Positions 39,156 to 54,123 of a DNA stretch of 64,000 nucleotides are shown piece by piece (the first letter of the stretch is position 1; each line of letters begins with the position of its first letter). The stretch spans positions 63,922,001 to 63,986,000 of the forward strand of contig NC_043004.1 in NCBI RefSeq assembly GCF_006345805.1, written 5' to 3'. Both the position numbers and the translations under genes were made by a program. Under the pieces are notes generated by a model. The model was not told the origin of the DNA. It ran no database searches and saw only the letters and a program-made list of their open reading frames with translations. This DNA is from Octopus sinensis (taxonomy: Eukaryota).

Positions 39156-40413
39156 CGATGGTAAGTTACACAAATTGTAATTTCTGTAATTTAGTAAAAC
39201 GAAAGAAGAGGTTGAACAATTACATAATATTTCGACATGGTCTTCTTGCTTTTCGGTGCACTTCATCCAGCACTCTACAAGCTTTCTTATTCCATCGAAG
39301 AAGGTTTTCGGCTGGTCAGACAGACATTTAAGCACTACTTTCTGTACTTCTTTGTCTGTAGCAAATCGACATCATCGTCAAGGATGTTTAAGTGGTCCTA
39401 AAAGGTGACAGGTGGAAGTGACGAGATGTATACTATATGCAGGTTATTACAGCAACTCCAAACCCAATTTGTCCATAATTTCAACGGTGAGGGCAGCCAG
39501 ATATGGGCGTGCACTGATGTGCAACAATAACACTTGATTTGACAACAGATCTTCACGTTTGGTTGGAATTATTGGCTGTAGTTTGTTGCCAGCATTTTAC
39601 TGTAACCTACACTGGTAACTGTAGACCCCTTTCCCCGGTAATAGTCCAGTATAGACCCTTTTACGTCCTCTAAAAACGGTTAGGATCAACTTCTTTGCGG
39701 AAGTTGAGTCTTTAATTTCTTTTTCATTGGCGATTCTGGGTGTTTTCACTCCATATTCTGGCTTTAGGATTCTGGATCAAAGAGATGGACCTAGATCACC
39801 TCTTTTGTGACTATTCTCTCCACAAAAGTTTCACCTTCATTGTTGTAGCGGTCGAGTAATCGTTGACAAATCCACGCGATTGCTCTCTTGCCCCACTTCC
39901 CGTACAAACTTTACGGAAGCGAAGTTTGTGGATGATTTTGTATGCAGAACCATATCTAATTCGCAAATAAATTGTCACCTCATCGATGGTCACACGTTGG
40001 TGCCAGAACCATCTTTTGAGCTTTGTGAATCTTCACATCAATAGTGGAGGTTTATGAGCATCCTTCTCCTTATACGTACGCCAAGCTTGTCTGGCCAGTT
40101 TTAAACTTTTTGACTAACTCAGACACACAGTCTCGCAGCAAAGCATTTCCCCTGTATTGTACCAAAAGCCTGGGATGATTTTCAGCCGCTGACACAAGAA
40201 AAATTGGACCACTCATTTCTGTTCTTCCTTGGCGCATACTGACAGCGGAGCGGCTATGTTTATTCCGTAACACAAGAAAGATTACTGGAGTAATGAAGTT
40301 AAACTTCGGTTATATAACCACATATGTACTTTATTTTAGCAAGAGCTGAAAATACTACAGTTGACCTAAGAAAAATGTTGGCGAAAGTGCGGATAACTAT
40401 TGACTTACCCTCG
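39156..40413 (-). mobile_element. Full-length but heavily decayed mariner
   Basis: Ends ta-cgagggtaagtca (40415-40401, minus) and ta-cgatggtaagtta (39154-39168). Translations include GSAYKIIHKLRFRKVC and KTFFDGIRKLVECWMKC. Confidence 0.85.
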
Positions 40414-40544
40414 TACTTCACAGTGCAAGTAGTCTCCGCAAAGACTTCGAGATATGAAAATGACATATTATATTTCACAAGAAATAAACATCTGGAACAT
40501 TAATGATACCCCCAGCAACAACCTGTATATGTCTCCGTACCAAG

Positions 40545-41025
40545 CAGTGGTTCTTATGGCTTCTGATCTTAACTGATTGGAAGTGTTTTCATGTACATTG
40601 TTTTGCTTTGATATAAACGATGCACTACTGCAAATATTCTGCTCAACACTACAGATTTGCTTGTCAGTTTCTTGACCTTAACCAGTCGAGCATGTCTCTT
40701 AGTGGCTGACGATATGTGCATCTCTGATCACGAGTAGAAGTAGTGGGAGAGCATCATAGCCTCGTGTTGAGAGGAATTCTTTGGAGTTTGAATAATTCAC
40801 CTTTGGAAACATGGCTGTTTTGTTCAACATTCGTAAACAACCCTTATTCAGGGACCTTTTGAGCGGCATGGGATATTCGACCTGAAGAAAATTCTAACTG
40901 GGCCCCATCTGCAGCTCATGCGTTGTTTATCTTGATATGAGATCATTATGTCACGCACATATGGTTGTGATGCATGTGCCTGGTGTACCCTTAGAGCCAT
41001 GATGGGTGTACTGGGCTCACTCATT
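40545..41025 (+). mobile_element. Non-coding 3' end of a second LINE-like family, ending in (GAA)n
   Basis: Homologous to the reverse complement of 12766-13137; ends ctcactca, followed by a GAA tract. Confidence 0.75.
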
Positions 41026-41321
41026 CAAGAAGAAGAAGAAAAAGCAGAAGAAGAAGAAGAAGAAGAAGAAGAAGAAGAAGAAGGAGGAGGAGGAAGATGA
41101 GGGGGATATGTAGAGGATTTAATCAAAAACAGGCAAGGAAAAGAAAACGAGAAAAAATGACGTATAAAATATACATAGCGTACAAACTATATGGATACCT
41201 GAATGATAGAATCCTTTACTTTGGGGTGACAGCTTTCAAATAGAAAGCGCCTTCTTCCAGCTGTTGTTCTCCGAATAACAGGCGCATGCTTAGAATAGTT
41301 CGATTCACTATAACCGCTGAC

Positions 41322-41322
<1 letters not shown>

Positions 41323-41365
<43 letters not shown>

Positions 41366-41404
41366 CAGCAGCAGCAGCAGCACCAGCACCAGCAGCACCA
41401 GCAC

Positions 41405-41482
<78 letters not shown>
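41323..41482. repeat. Layered (AGT)n-(AGC)n-(ACC/AGC)-(AGC)n-(AGT)n microsatellite
   Basis: Directly visible symmetric layering. Confidence 0.95.
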
Positions 41483-41483
<1 letters not shown>

Positions 41484-42356
41484 TTAGTATTAGCTGCAGC
41501 AGGAACAGTAGTAGAGTGGAAGAGGTGGAGGTGGGGGGAATAGTGTTTCATTTGTAAAGTACAACGATTTATTGTGGGAATAAATTAAATAGTTTCATTG
41601 ATTTGTCCGTACAAAAACTACGAAGACAACCTATATTCTTGATGGGCAGTTGACCAACTAGAGACAGGAGCCTGATATCTCTCTTTCCACTTTTCTTACT
41701 CTCTCTCTCTATCTCTCTCTCTTTCTATTGCTCTCTCCCTCCCTCCCTCTCTCTCTCTCTTTCTCTCTTTCTCTCTCTCAAATCAAACCCCTAACTCAAT
41801 CTCTTAAATATGTAGACCATACATTACATAATGTAAACCTGAGTACTTCTTAATATAGGCGAAAGGCACGATTTAAATGTTCCTAATAATAATATTTGCA
41901 GGTTCAAGGTACATCTAGGGCGAAACATCTCACACAGTAAAAAAAAAACATGTCGGCGCCTGAATGAAGAATAGCTAAATGAAAATGAAAAGTCTGGTTA
42001 ATATTGAACCTAAAACAAAGATGCATGCAGAAACGAAAATAGAAAGACATGAGAATATAAACGGACATTTTAACCATTACGTGTCTACGTGTTAAAACTG
42101 ACAAAATTTCAAATATAAAACTATCAACGGTAAAAGAAATAAACGAGAAAAAGTACTTGGTGAATGGATTAGAGCTTTATATAAATTATTGATTTATGCA
42201 AAACTGAAGATTTACACCTTCGTAATTCTGAATTATGATGGCATAAAGCTACGAATTCGGAAAGAAATCAATTAATCATCATCATCATCATCATCTTTCT
42301 CATCAGCATCATCTTTATTATCATTATCATTGTCATCCTCACCATCTCATTATTCC

Positions 42357-42429
<73 letters not shown>

Positions 42430-42744
42430 AACACACAAACACACACAGACGCTCGCACACACACACACACACATATATATATGTGTGTGTGAATATATAT
42501 GTATATATATAATATATATATATATATATGTGGTGTGTGTGTGTGTATGTATGGATGTATGCATGTATGTATATGTATATATATATATTAGTATAATAGA
42601 GAGAGGAGAACAGTCAGATAGACAGGCAGGCAGGCAGACAGGTACAAACGCAGACAAACAGCTGAAAGAGAAATTTACCGATACACACAGCATGTATATA
42701 TATATATATAATAATTATATATATATAATATATAAATATATATA

Positions 42745-42778
<34 letters not shown>

Positions 42779-43697
42779 TAATGTATACAGACATACACAC
42801 ATACATATATATATACATATATATGCACACATATATGCAGATATATACCCAGATATACATACATACATATATACATACATACATACATACATACATACAT
42901 ACATACATACATACATACATACATACATACATACGTACATACACAAACACACATTTGTGTATACATAAGCATGCATACATACAAATTCACACGTAAATAA
43001 ATAGATACACACCTACACACATACAAGTGTAAGGAGAAATCGCTGTTAGCAAAGAATTCAATCGAAACTAAATGAAGTGCTCTATTCAATTTGTTCAAAT
43101 TCTCTGCAAGTCCAAGAGAACAAGCAGTCTAATTCCTATCAAGCAGAAGGGCGATTTTAGAGAATTAAAATCGACCAAGTGAAATAGAATTTTTAATTTG
43201 TTGCTTCCAGTAATGGTGAAAGAAACGAAGCCAAAAGGCGGAGAGTAATGAAGTCGCTTCTCTTTTGGATATTTCTGATTGCTATTATTATTCTCTTACG
43301 TTCTGAGATACGTGGGTGGGGTTGCTGGAGGTGGATGTTGAGTGTGTGTGTGTGCAATAATATATAAGATTTTGTGTCTTTTAAAAGAATGAGCTTCCAG
43401 AATAATTGTGTATACACATGTGTTGTCTTTACGGGCATGCATGTATTTACGTATACATGAATGTATGCAACCCGTAATATATATGTGTGAGCATATATTC
43501 ATGTTTATATTATATATATATAATATATATATATATATATTATATATATATATATTCATACATAAATATAATATGTATATGTATATATTTAATGTATATG
43601 TATATATTTATAATATATATATATACATACATATATTATATATGTATGAATGGGTATGAATGTATATATTATATATATATTAATTATATGTATATAT

Positions 43698-43731
<34 letters not shown>

Positions 43732-43820
43732 GTATGTATATATATATATACAAGTGCATGTGCTTACATCTGCAAGCACGCATACCAAGTTACACTCACA
43801 CATATATATATATTATATAT

Positions 43821-43886
<66 letters not shown>

Positions 43887-43889
43887 GGG

Positions 43890-43928
<39 letters not shown>

Positions 43929-45246
43929 ATATACATATATCAATTATATATATATATATATATATACATATTCAATTACATATATGTGGAATTGTATTTT
44001 ACGATAAAATACATCGCAAATCGTTAATCCGAGTTCAGCGTTTCCGATCCTCGTACGAAAATCAATCAAATGGAACATTAAGAAGTTATATATCGGTAAT
44101 CGGATGTATCAATCGAAACAAATATCGATCACTCCTTAGATGAAGCTTGCTCACACCTTTGAAATGATTTGATGTTGTCGTGTTGGAAAACTCGTACGAC
44201 CGTTAAAGTAAATAGTAAACATGTGAAAACATAAATGCATAATCAAATACATAAACTGGAGCATGAAACGAAGAGGGACAGAAAGAGGAAACGTGTAGGT
44301 ACGGGGAAAATTGAATGTACAGAAGGAGTGGACAAGGGAGAAGAGAAAGGAGGAAGATGGAAGGCAGTGGTGGCGGAAATAGGAAGAGGAGTAGGAGGAG
44401 GTGGAGTTAGAAAAACATTAATAACAACAACAGGAATAAAAACAACAACCACAGCAATTACAAGATTTTGTAATAGAGAAGCCCGGTTTGTATGAAAAAC
44501 CTGCTTCGTGTTTTTCACAATCACCGTGTTTTAGTTAAATTCAATCATTCTTGAAATGAGTCATATTACAAAAGGCAAGAAAGATAACCTTGAAATTGTA
44601 ATTAATTAAAACTAACTAATTATTCAATAAAGAATAACTCTGAAGTTTAGGAACACAGTGACGCGGAAGAATATATTTTGACGCTATTAGGTTTCATCAG
44701 TGAATTATAATCTAACCATAACTGTAAAGTTTAGGTAACTAGGGGAGACAGAAATTCTATGAATTTTGTGAGTGAATAGGTAGTAGAGTTATAACTTAAA
44801 TGAATGACAGGTATTGAAGAAAGCGAAAAAAAACAGTCCTTTTTCTCACTTGACAGTTATCGTATCACAAACTGAAATTTTTGGAGAAATATTTCAAAAT
44901 GCCGAGCGAAATAATTTAGACGTCGAATGGCTTTGGGCAATAACATTTCTACCATGCTTCAAACAAACAATTTTGTTTTGTTAAAGTCTATCACATATGC
45001 AATAATGGTATATTTTGAAAGTAAATATATGATGAAGTGTTTCTTTTGTATTGTTGCATTGAGAAGCTGTGATTCTGAGGGTCGATAATATGTCATTCTA
45101 CTTTATTACACAGCATACAATATTCTCTAGATGTGTATTCCTTCTACAGGAGCCCTTGTATGAACAGCCACACATATATGTATGCAAATATATCTATCTA
45201 TATATAAATATACACCGATACATACTCACACAGATCTTGACGTTTT

Positions 45247-45301
<55 letters not shown>

Positions 45302-45537
45302 ATGTGTGTGTGTATATTAATTTGACTTTGACTAGGAGTTAGTGTTTGACCTGACAGTTTATTCAATTCGTTGAATTTAATTCTGTATCAAATCGAATTT
45401 TGTAAATTTGTCTGTACACTCAGTAATGAGTCTTCCTAACACTAAATGTTTGGTTGTCATTCTTAAACTTACTTTAATATAACCTTATCACGCACACACA
45501 CACTCACATGTGTATGTATATATATGCAAACACCTAA

Positions 45538-45608
<71 letters not shown>

Positions 45609-45641
45609 TGTATGTATGTATGTATGTATATATATATATAT

Positions 45642-45753
<112 letters not shown>

Positions 45754-46023
45754 GTAAAGGGGAGAGAGTGTGAGATAGACATACTGACAGACAGCGAAGA
45801 GGGAAGACATATATATGTTTATAACTGGATACATATATCTATCTCACTGTACATATAAATATATACTTTTAGATGTAGGTATAAATATAAACAGTTATAT
45901 ATATATACTTACATAAACTCGCTCATATATATGTATATATGTATAGATGTATAGCTGTACAGCTGTATAGATGTACAGATGTAGATGTGTGTGTGTGTGT
46001 ATGTGTATTTATTTATAGGTAGT

Positions 46024-46066
<43 letters not shown>

Positions 46067-46589
46067 GCACATATATATGAATGCTTATATATATGTATGT
46101 ATATATATAGTGTTATAATTCATTATTTTCTTATACGCACAGAATGCCTGTGTATGTGAGAATGTTGTGTTGGAACGGGTCCGAGATTGTCTGAACAATA
46201 TATTAGCTTTATGACATGTGAGATTAAGGTTCAATTTTTGTGAAAAAGAGAAAAATATATAAAGAACGCACCAACAATAAAATATCAAGATAGCAACCCA
46301 TTTTCTGCATAATGAAGTTTCAACCAAGAAAATTGATTTGAAATTATTGCAAGCAGTTATTACATAGCTATGCACAGTCCCTTTTTCTATGTTAGAAATA
46401 AGTATTTGTGGGTTGGCACGGTATCAGGTAAAGCATGAGACAACATATCTCAGAGTATTAAGCGAAGGAATTTTAGTTTATGAGTTCAAAGCGTCCAAAG
46501 GATTGCCTTCCCTAGTGGTACCTTGTGTTAAAAATGAAGCAAACAATAACATACTAAAAATGATTTAGTTCAACCATTCACTAACACCC

Positions 46590-46775
46590 AAAACTTATAA
46601 TAAAGATTGCTTGCCAACATAACATGGCAGTCCTGGTTTAGGACGAATGTTTGATGTAATTTAGTCTCAGGAGACATCGTCTCCAGCTGGCTATACGACT
46701 TGATCTAAATTACAGCAACATTCGTCCTAAACCAGGACTGCCATGTTATGTTCGCAAACTATCTTTACTACAAAG
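46590..46775. mobile_element. Palindromic element related to the hammerhead-bearing element at 56520-56790
   Basis: Arms 46616-46664 and 46705-46752 (first 36 bp perfect), imperfect extension of about 20 bp, inner hairpin ggagac-atc-gtctcc. Confidence 0.8.
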
Positions 46776-47626
46776 TACAGTTGCTGAATATTTCACGTTG
46801 TGAGATTTAAAAAATAGTAGTACCCAAAATTTAGTCGAGACATTTACTAATAGCCAAAACTATAGTTTTTATGTTGCATATTTTGAGTTTTATTTATAAT
46901 AATGGAAATTTAGTTAACGCTCATTATTTTGTGCTTCTCATATCCTTATGCGTCGTCCAGGACAGCTTTTAATTTTACTTTTTTTAGTCACTTGATGCGA
47001 CCATGCTGCAGTACACCTGAACAATGAAACCCAGTCTCTATATTCTTAAAAACGGGTTCTTATGTTACCAACTGTATCACCGAACAGCTACAGTTATGAG
47101 TCCGCAAACAAACCAACACCATGAGAACAATCTTAGGCACACACACACACATTCACACACATATACACAAAATACAAACACACACATTAAAAAAATGGTT
47201 ACAGCGTCTGACAAAACTAACTTGCTGTATTTGCCCGGTTTTCTAGATTATGAGTTCAAATTTTGTCACAGTTATTTTTGTATATCACCCTTCCGAATAC
47301 GATGAAATGAAGTGTGTATTATGTATGCATGTCAGTTTAACTGACAGTTGGTCCCCTAACGCCACACTGCAGTTTCTTGCATTGTGCCCATATATTTTCT
47401 TATTCATTAAGAGTGCTACACGGACAGAATCCTTTGAGCGTTGGACATATGTCTTCTAATTGCTGTCGTTTTACTTCAGAATACGCACAAACACACACAA
47501 GAATACACAAACACGGAAACGCACACACACATATATAAGTATGTATGTATGTAAGTATGTATACGCCGTAATATATATTTGCCAACTGTGTCGTCCTATA
47601 CAGGACGAGGCTTAATATATTCATAC

Positions 47627-47669
<43 letters not shown>

Positions 47670-47683
47670 CATACATACATACA

Positions 47684-47715
<32 letters not shown>

Positions 47716-47740
47716 CATACATAGATACATATATACATAC

Positions 47741-47789
<49 letters not shown>

Positions 47790-47791
<2 letters not shown>

Positions 47792-48408
47792 AAAATAAGG
47801 ATTCAAATAGAATCGGGTACTTGAAAAGATATGCACCAGGTACCGTTGGATAAACCTGTGGTGCTGGCCTATGATTGATAAGTATCAAATAGGATATTCC
47901 GGTTGCGTACATAGAAAAGACCAACGCTAGTACCAAGGGCTGGTCCAACGCATGCATATTTTTAATTTTACGTTGTTGATATATTCTAGGGTATCCGACA
48001 AATCGTAAATCCCCTTGGTGCATTATAATCAAATGGATAATAACAGGCGATTGTCAGTTCGTTACAGCCGTTTCTTACGTATTTTTACTAGAAGAATGAG
48101 AACATTACTTCATTTACAAAAACAGCAGTCATTAAATGAAATATAATTTTACCAGCAAAAGAATATCCCAAGAATACAGCAGGGAGGTGGTTGAAATCTG
48201 CCGAGGCTAACTGTGAAATGGGAGAATAACCAACAAAACTGGCCGTTGTGGGCAGTAAGGAGGTGGGGGTTAAATTATGGATATCGGTTGTGAAAGGGTG
48301 TAATATGATATTAAGTTCAGCCGTGTATCTTTGTTGGAAACAGGATCCCTCCTCAGATATGCTGAAAATAAAGCAGGCAATCATACTGAAAAATCTTAGT
48401 CTAGCCAT
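47790..48408 (-). CDS. Two adjacent unexplained ORF segments; possible small secreted or membrane protein exons
   Basis: 48408-48088 [18 protein letters not shown]... (hydrophobic start, possible donor GCTG|GTAAAA). 48013-47790 contains [21 protein letters not shown]. No recognisable domain. Confidence 0.2.
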
Positions 48409-50024
48409 TTACTAACGCCAAAAACTTTTAAATTCATTTTTCATTTATTTCATGAAATAGCATTATTTTTTTATCACTCTTGTGACCTTGTCACAAACAC
48501 AGTTCCAAAGCAACGATTTGAAAGCTTGTTAATAGCTTCTGTTTATATGCCTCGGCTTTTCTTTTTGCCCGTTTATTGTTTTACACTTCAGTCACAGCTT
48601 TGAAATATATTAGTTTCTTCCATTCATGTAGATTTACTCTGACCTCTTGACATTAGCCATCGGTCTGGCATCGTCAGTCATTTTCAGTTATCATTTTTGT
48701 TATCACTGTCTCTATTGCACCTCGTTTTTTCTTTCCTTTTTGTCTTCCTGGAAATTAGTTTTGAATTTATCCCTGCCTAGTTCGCTAAATATAAACATAA
48801 GTTATATTAGAAAATTTATTTTTGCCTAAGTATTAGAAATTAGATTTTCTGCTATATAGATTAAAATATATTTTAAAAGTATTATTACAAAGAGCAAATG
48901 AGATGCGCCTATGTTAATCTGTTAATAATGTTGACATACTTGTATCCATCAGTATAAACTAGCAATTACAAATAAACATGTACACACTCATACATCCACA
49001 CATACAAAAATAGTCACTCATACAAACACGTGCGCCTGCACACATGCACGCAAGCCCACATACATACATAAATGATAGTTGCAACTCAATTCGGAGCAAT
49101 GCTACTGCTTGATTGTTCTCTTGTAGCAATACATATGTGGATTTTCAGTCCTGCTAGATAGGTTTTGACTAGATGTGGCAACGACAGACGCATCTTGCAG
49201 CAGATATTCAGACAGTTACCTACGCTTGCGCATGCCTTCCTTCCAACATCAGAATTTTCATTGAGTGTTCTGCCTAATTTTAAATACAGCCAACCTCAGT
49301 ATGCAACACATACAAGAAATGCTAAAAACAAGCCATGGTTCTGCCTCCAATACATTTATGCACACATCTAATTATCCGTCAATCCGTACTACACACACAC
49401 ACACACACATATATATATACATATATATATATATATGTATATATCATATAAATATATGCATATATACGTACATATATGTACATACTTACATATTTATATA
49501 TATGTATATATACATGAATATATGGGTACAGGACATCAAAAAAACGTTGAACACAATGAGAAGCGAAAACATAAAAACAAAAACATGGAAAACGAACTTT
49601 TTTTCGAATAACGAAAAAACAAACAGAGAAACGAGACAGGCAACATAAAGAATATTCCCCTTCAGCAGTTGTCCCTGTTTCATCTATTCCGCATTCGAAG
49701 GCAAGGACGATACGCGACTTCTTTGAAACAATCCTTCCCGCAAAGCAAATTAAATAAAATTTGGGATTTTTGCGGAGGGTGAAAGTGATAACAACAACAG
49801 TGAGAACAAGACAATAAAAACAAACGGTGAGGGTTGTTAAGCCAAGACGATAGAAAGATTATTATGAACGGTAGTAAGACGAGCTTATTTGAGGAGACAG
49901 GTATAAGCACGTGTTGTCTTTAGGAAGGAAATTGGCAGAAAGACAGATTCCCTTTCGTCACGTGTCAGCGACGAGAGAGTCAAGGAGGAAGAGCGAGAGA
50001 GAGGGAACGGTGAAGAGGGGAGGG

Positions 50025-50057
<33 letters not shown>

Positions 50058-50186
50058 TATACATACATACACGCTTACATACATATACATACAGACGTAT
50101 ACATACATACATACATACATACATACATACATACATACATACATACATCATACATACATACATACATACATACATGTATATATACA

Positions 50187-51533
50187 CCGTTTCAAATTAT
50201 TAACAACGTAACCTGGTTTTAAAATTTTATTTAAAAACAACTCGTTGGAATTCAAAATTTCCGCAGATAATGGCAACTGCTATATTCGTGGTTTTGAGCA
50301 AGTTTAAATAAACCACGGCCATTTGCATGATTTCCACGAACTGTCAGTGTTACAAATTATTTACGAGTTGTGTTATAACCACGTAATTATGGGTCCCAAA
50401 TGTGATTTAACCGCTTCAGAATAATCTGTTATTACTTCTGAACTTGCAAAATGTAAATCAGCATTAAAAATATCTGAAATGATTGGGAAACATCACCAAA
50501 CTCTGAAAAAATTTGTTTCATCTCCTACGAAGATACGTGAGAGAGTCAGTCAGGTTTGTTTCTCATTGTTCTGTGTTACGAATCAATCCCGATCTCTTAA
50601 AGAACCTAGATCGTACAAGCTTATTGGCAGATCTGCCCGATGTCGTCTTCTGAAAAAGGTTGGTAAACTAGTCGTGTCAGTTAAAAGTCTTCTTTAAACA
50701 AAATACACATACAAAATCGTCTGAAATGTAACTTGAAGCAGAAGGTAACATGAAGTTCGACTTTTCAAAAGTTTTGTTTATGGACGAAACTTGTGCTAAT
50801 CTTGATGGACCTGATGACTGGAGTAAGGGATGGGTTGTAAATGGATGAGATCGTCATGAACGCTTGAGAGGCCAAGAAGGGGAGGAGGTTTCGTGATTTG
50901 GGCAGGTAATATTGGAGGTATTATGGTTGATCCTTAGAAAGCGTCTTACGGTGCTAAAATGAATGCGGATGCTTATATAGCCTTTCTCAGGGAGTATATT
51001 AAACCTTGGTTAAAAAAGCAAAAATGTATATTATATATTGCATGATATATATTATAATGCAAGATAATGCACCCTTGCACTCAGCAAAGAAAGCTACAGA
51101 ATATTTGCAATAATTAGTCTTCTGTGGACCTCGGCAAATGAAGCGGCCCACCTGTTATCCTGATTAAGTCAGGGGAACTCAAAAGAAAATTTGTGCAGTA
51201 TTCTAGAGCGACCAGTTTACGAGAATGGATACCAATTTAGGAGCAAGGATAACAGGCAATGGTTGACGTATCCCCTGGTATAACATTAGAAGAGATCCAG
51301 AAACAAGCATGATCCATGGACCAGCGCCTTTTTCAATTATTTTCCAAATTATTTCCATATTATTTCAAGCAAAGGCTTATATATCACTTAGTAACCAGCT
51401 CACCTATCGTTTTGATCCTGTTTATTTCTTTATTACTATTTCATTTATGTTTATGACTGTACATCAAACAATTACATTGTTATTTTCTTGTTTACATGTT
51501 TTAATTACACCACGCTAATAATCTGAGACAGCG
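50187..51533 (+). mobile_element. Decayed Tc1-like transposon, DD37E/TRT-like
   Basis: Left end ta-caccgtttcaaattatta; degenerate right end taataatctgagacagcg. Translation MGPKCDLTASE...KVLFMDETCANLDGPDDW...QEGGG...MQDNAPLHSAKK...(W)P..C.PD; the third catalytic residue is decayed. Confidence 0.8.
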
Positions 51534-51797
51534 AAAGTTTATGTAAATTTGGTAAATGGCCATGGTTTCTGTGTTGTTTTACGTAACCTCACGTTCTTTA
51601 CACAATGCTCGCATATAACTGTTGCCATCTTTCTGTAAAAATTTTGTTCAATTCTAACAAATGGATTTAAATACAGGAGTGAGAATATAGGTAGCGCTTT
51701 AATTTGTTTTTAGATTTGTGCAAGTTGGTAGGTAGACAGAAAATGGAAGAAGACTGTCGTGAACATTATACTCACACACACACATACATATACATGC

Positions 51798-51873
<76 letters not shown>

Positions 51874-52059
51874 TATATATTATATATTTATATAATACGT
51901 ATATATATATACAAACACACATATATAACTATATATATATATATAGATATATATGTAGATATATATATATATATATATATATATATCTATATATAATATA
52001 TATATATATATAACATATATAACATATATATACATATATATATATACATACGCATCGGT

Positions 52060-52258
52060 GTATTTGTTGATCCCCACTACCACTTGACAACCGGTGTCGG
52101 TTGTCTATATCACCATAAGTTAGCGGTTCTGCAAATAAATCGATATAATAAGTACAGGGTCTGAAACAGTAAGGAGTAGGGTCAATGTGTTCGATGAAAC
52201 CCTCCAAAGCTGTCTCCCAGTACGGCCGCAGTTAAATGACTGAAAGACGTGAAAGGAT
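52060..52258 (+). mobile_element. Degenerate SINE family A, 3' half
   Basis: ttgacaaccggtgtcgg...ttagcggttctgc...cagtacggccgcagttaaatgactgaaa. Confidence 0.75.
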
Positions 52259-52278
52259 ATACACACACACACATACAC

Positions 52279-52720
<442 letters not shown>

Positions 52721-52899
52721 ACATATACTTTCATTTCAAGATGCAAGATCTTCACAAGATTATTTCTCGAAGTTTCACGTTCTTGTTCACCCGACCGTAG
52801 CAGTAAATATGTATGTGTATATGTCTCTCTAACTCACTCTCTCTCTCCCTCTCTTTCTTTCTCTCCCTCCCCATCTATCTCTCTCTCTCTCTCTCTCTC

Positions 52900-52943
<44 letters not shown>

Positions 52944-53760
52944 GGCTTATGTATGTCTATGTATATTACATCCGCATATGTACAAGACGAAATACAAATG
53001 TGTGTGTGTGTGAGAGTGTAGAACTAATTTAAGTAGGGGAAAGAATATGTATTGTTCATTGTTGTTATCACATAAAAGGTTACACTTGACACTGGGTTTG
53101 TATCCTTAAATGCAGATCGATTCAGTTAATGGTTTAGGCATCATATCATTGGGATGAGCAGATATGATATCTACAATGAACCAATGTGCTTATCTAGTGT
53201 GTGATATAAAAAATGAAAGTAACTTTCTTTCCAGTATCGCTGTTCGAATGTTCTCTGAATCGCTTCCTAATAATACGAGCTGTACATCTCAGGGGATTTA
53301 ATGCACGTTATTTCAAGATGCCTTATAGAGTGTATGTTGTTGCTAACCTTATTTTTCAGATGTGAGTTTATGGCACATACACATATATATGTCTGCGTGT
53401 GCGCGCGTGTATTTTGTATGTGTGCTTGCGAGCGTGTGTATGCGTGTGAGTTAAATTCACTTTGCAGTTATCTGGAATTGGTTTCGATCCTAACGTAAAA
53501 GACATTGGGCAATTTTTCACTAACATGTCGATAAAAGCATAGTGCGCGACATGATACACATCTATCCGCTCATACATATACATTTACATACAAGGACACA
53601 CATTCACATACATGTATACGCACACATCACCACACACATACATACACACATATATGTAGTGTATATATATATATATATAATAACATACGAAGCAAAATTG
53701 TCAGCTCATCTATATATGTGTGTGTGTGTGTGTGCGTGTGTGTGTATGTATGTATATTAT

Positions 53761-53792
<32 letters not shown>

Positions 53793-53982
53793 GTATGTAT
53801 ATACATATATATATATGTATATACATATATATCTTTATATACATATATATATACTACATTATATATATAATCATCTTATCTCCATTCCCTAAAAGCATTA
53901 TCTACATTTAATTGCCCATTTCTTTCTCATAAACCTGTGACATTTAGGTTTTTATATACATACATACACACATTAAAACATG

Positions 53983-54013
<31 letters not shown>

Positions 54014-54068
54014 TATATATATATATATACATGCACATACATGTATATATATATATGCATGTGTGTAA

Positions 54069-54123
<55 letters not shown>

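Noticed and set aside
48000-48075. YYPFD motif reminiscent of a Cys-loop (chemotactile or acetylcholine) receptor
   Set aside because: Cysteine spacing does not fit C-x13-C, the frame is bounded by stops, and no other receptor motif is nearby.
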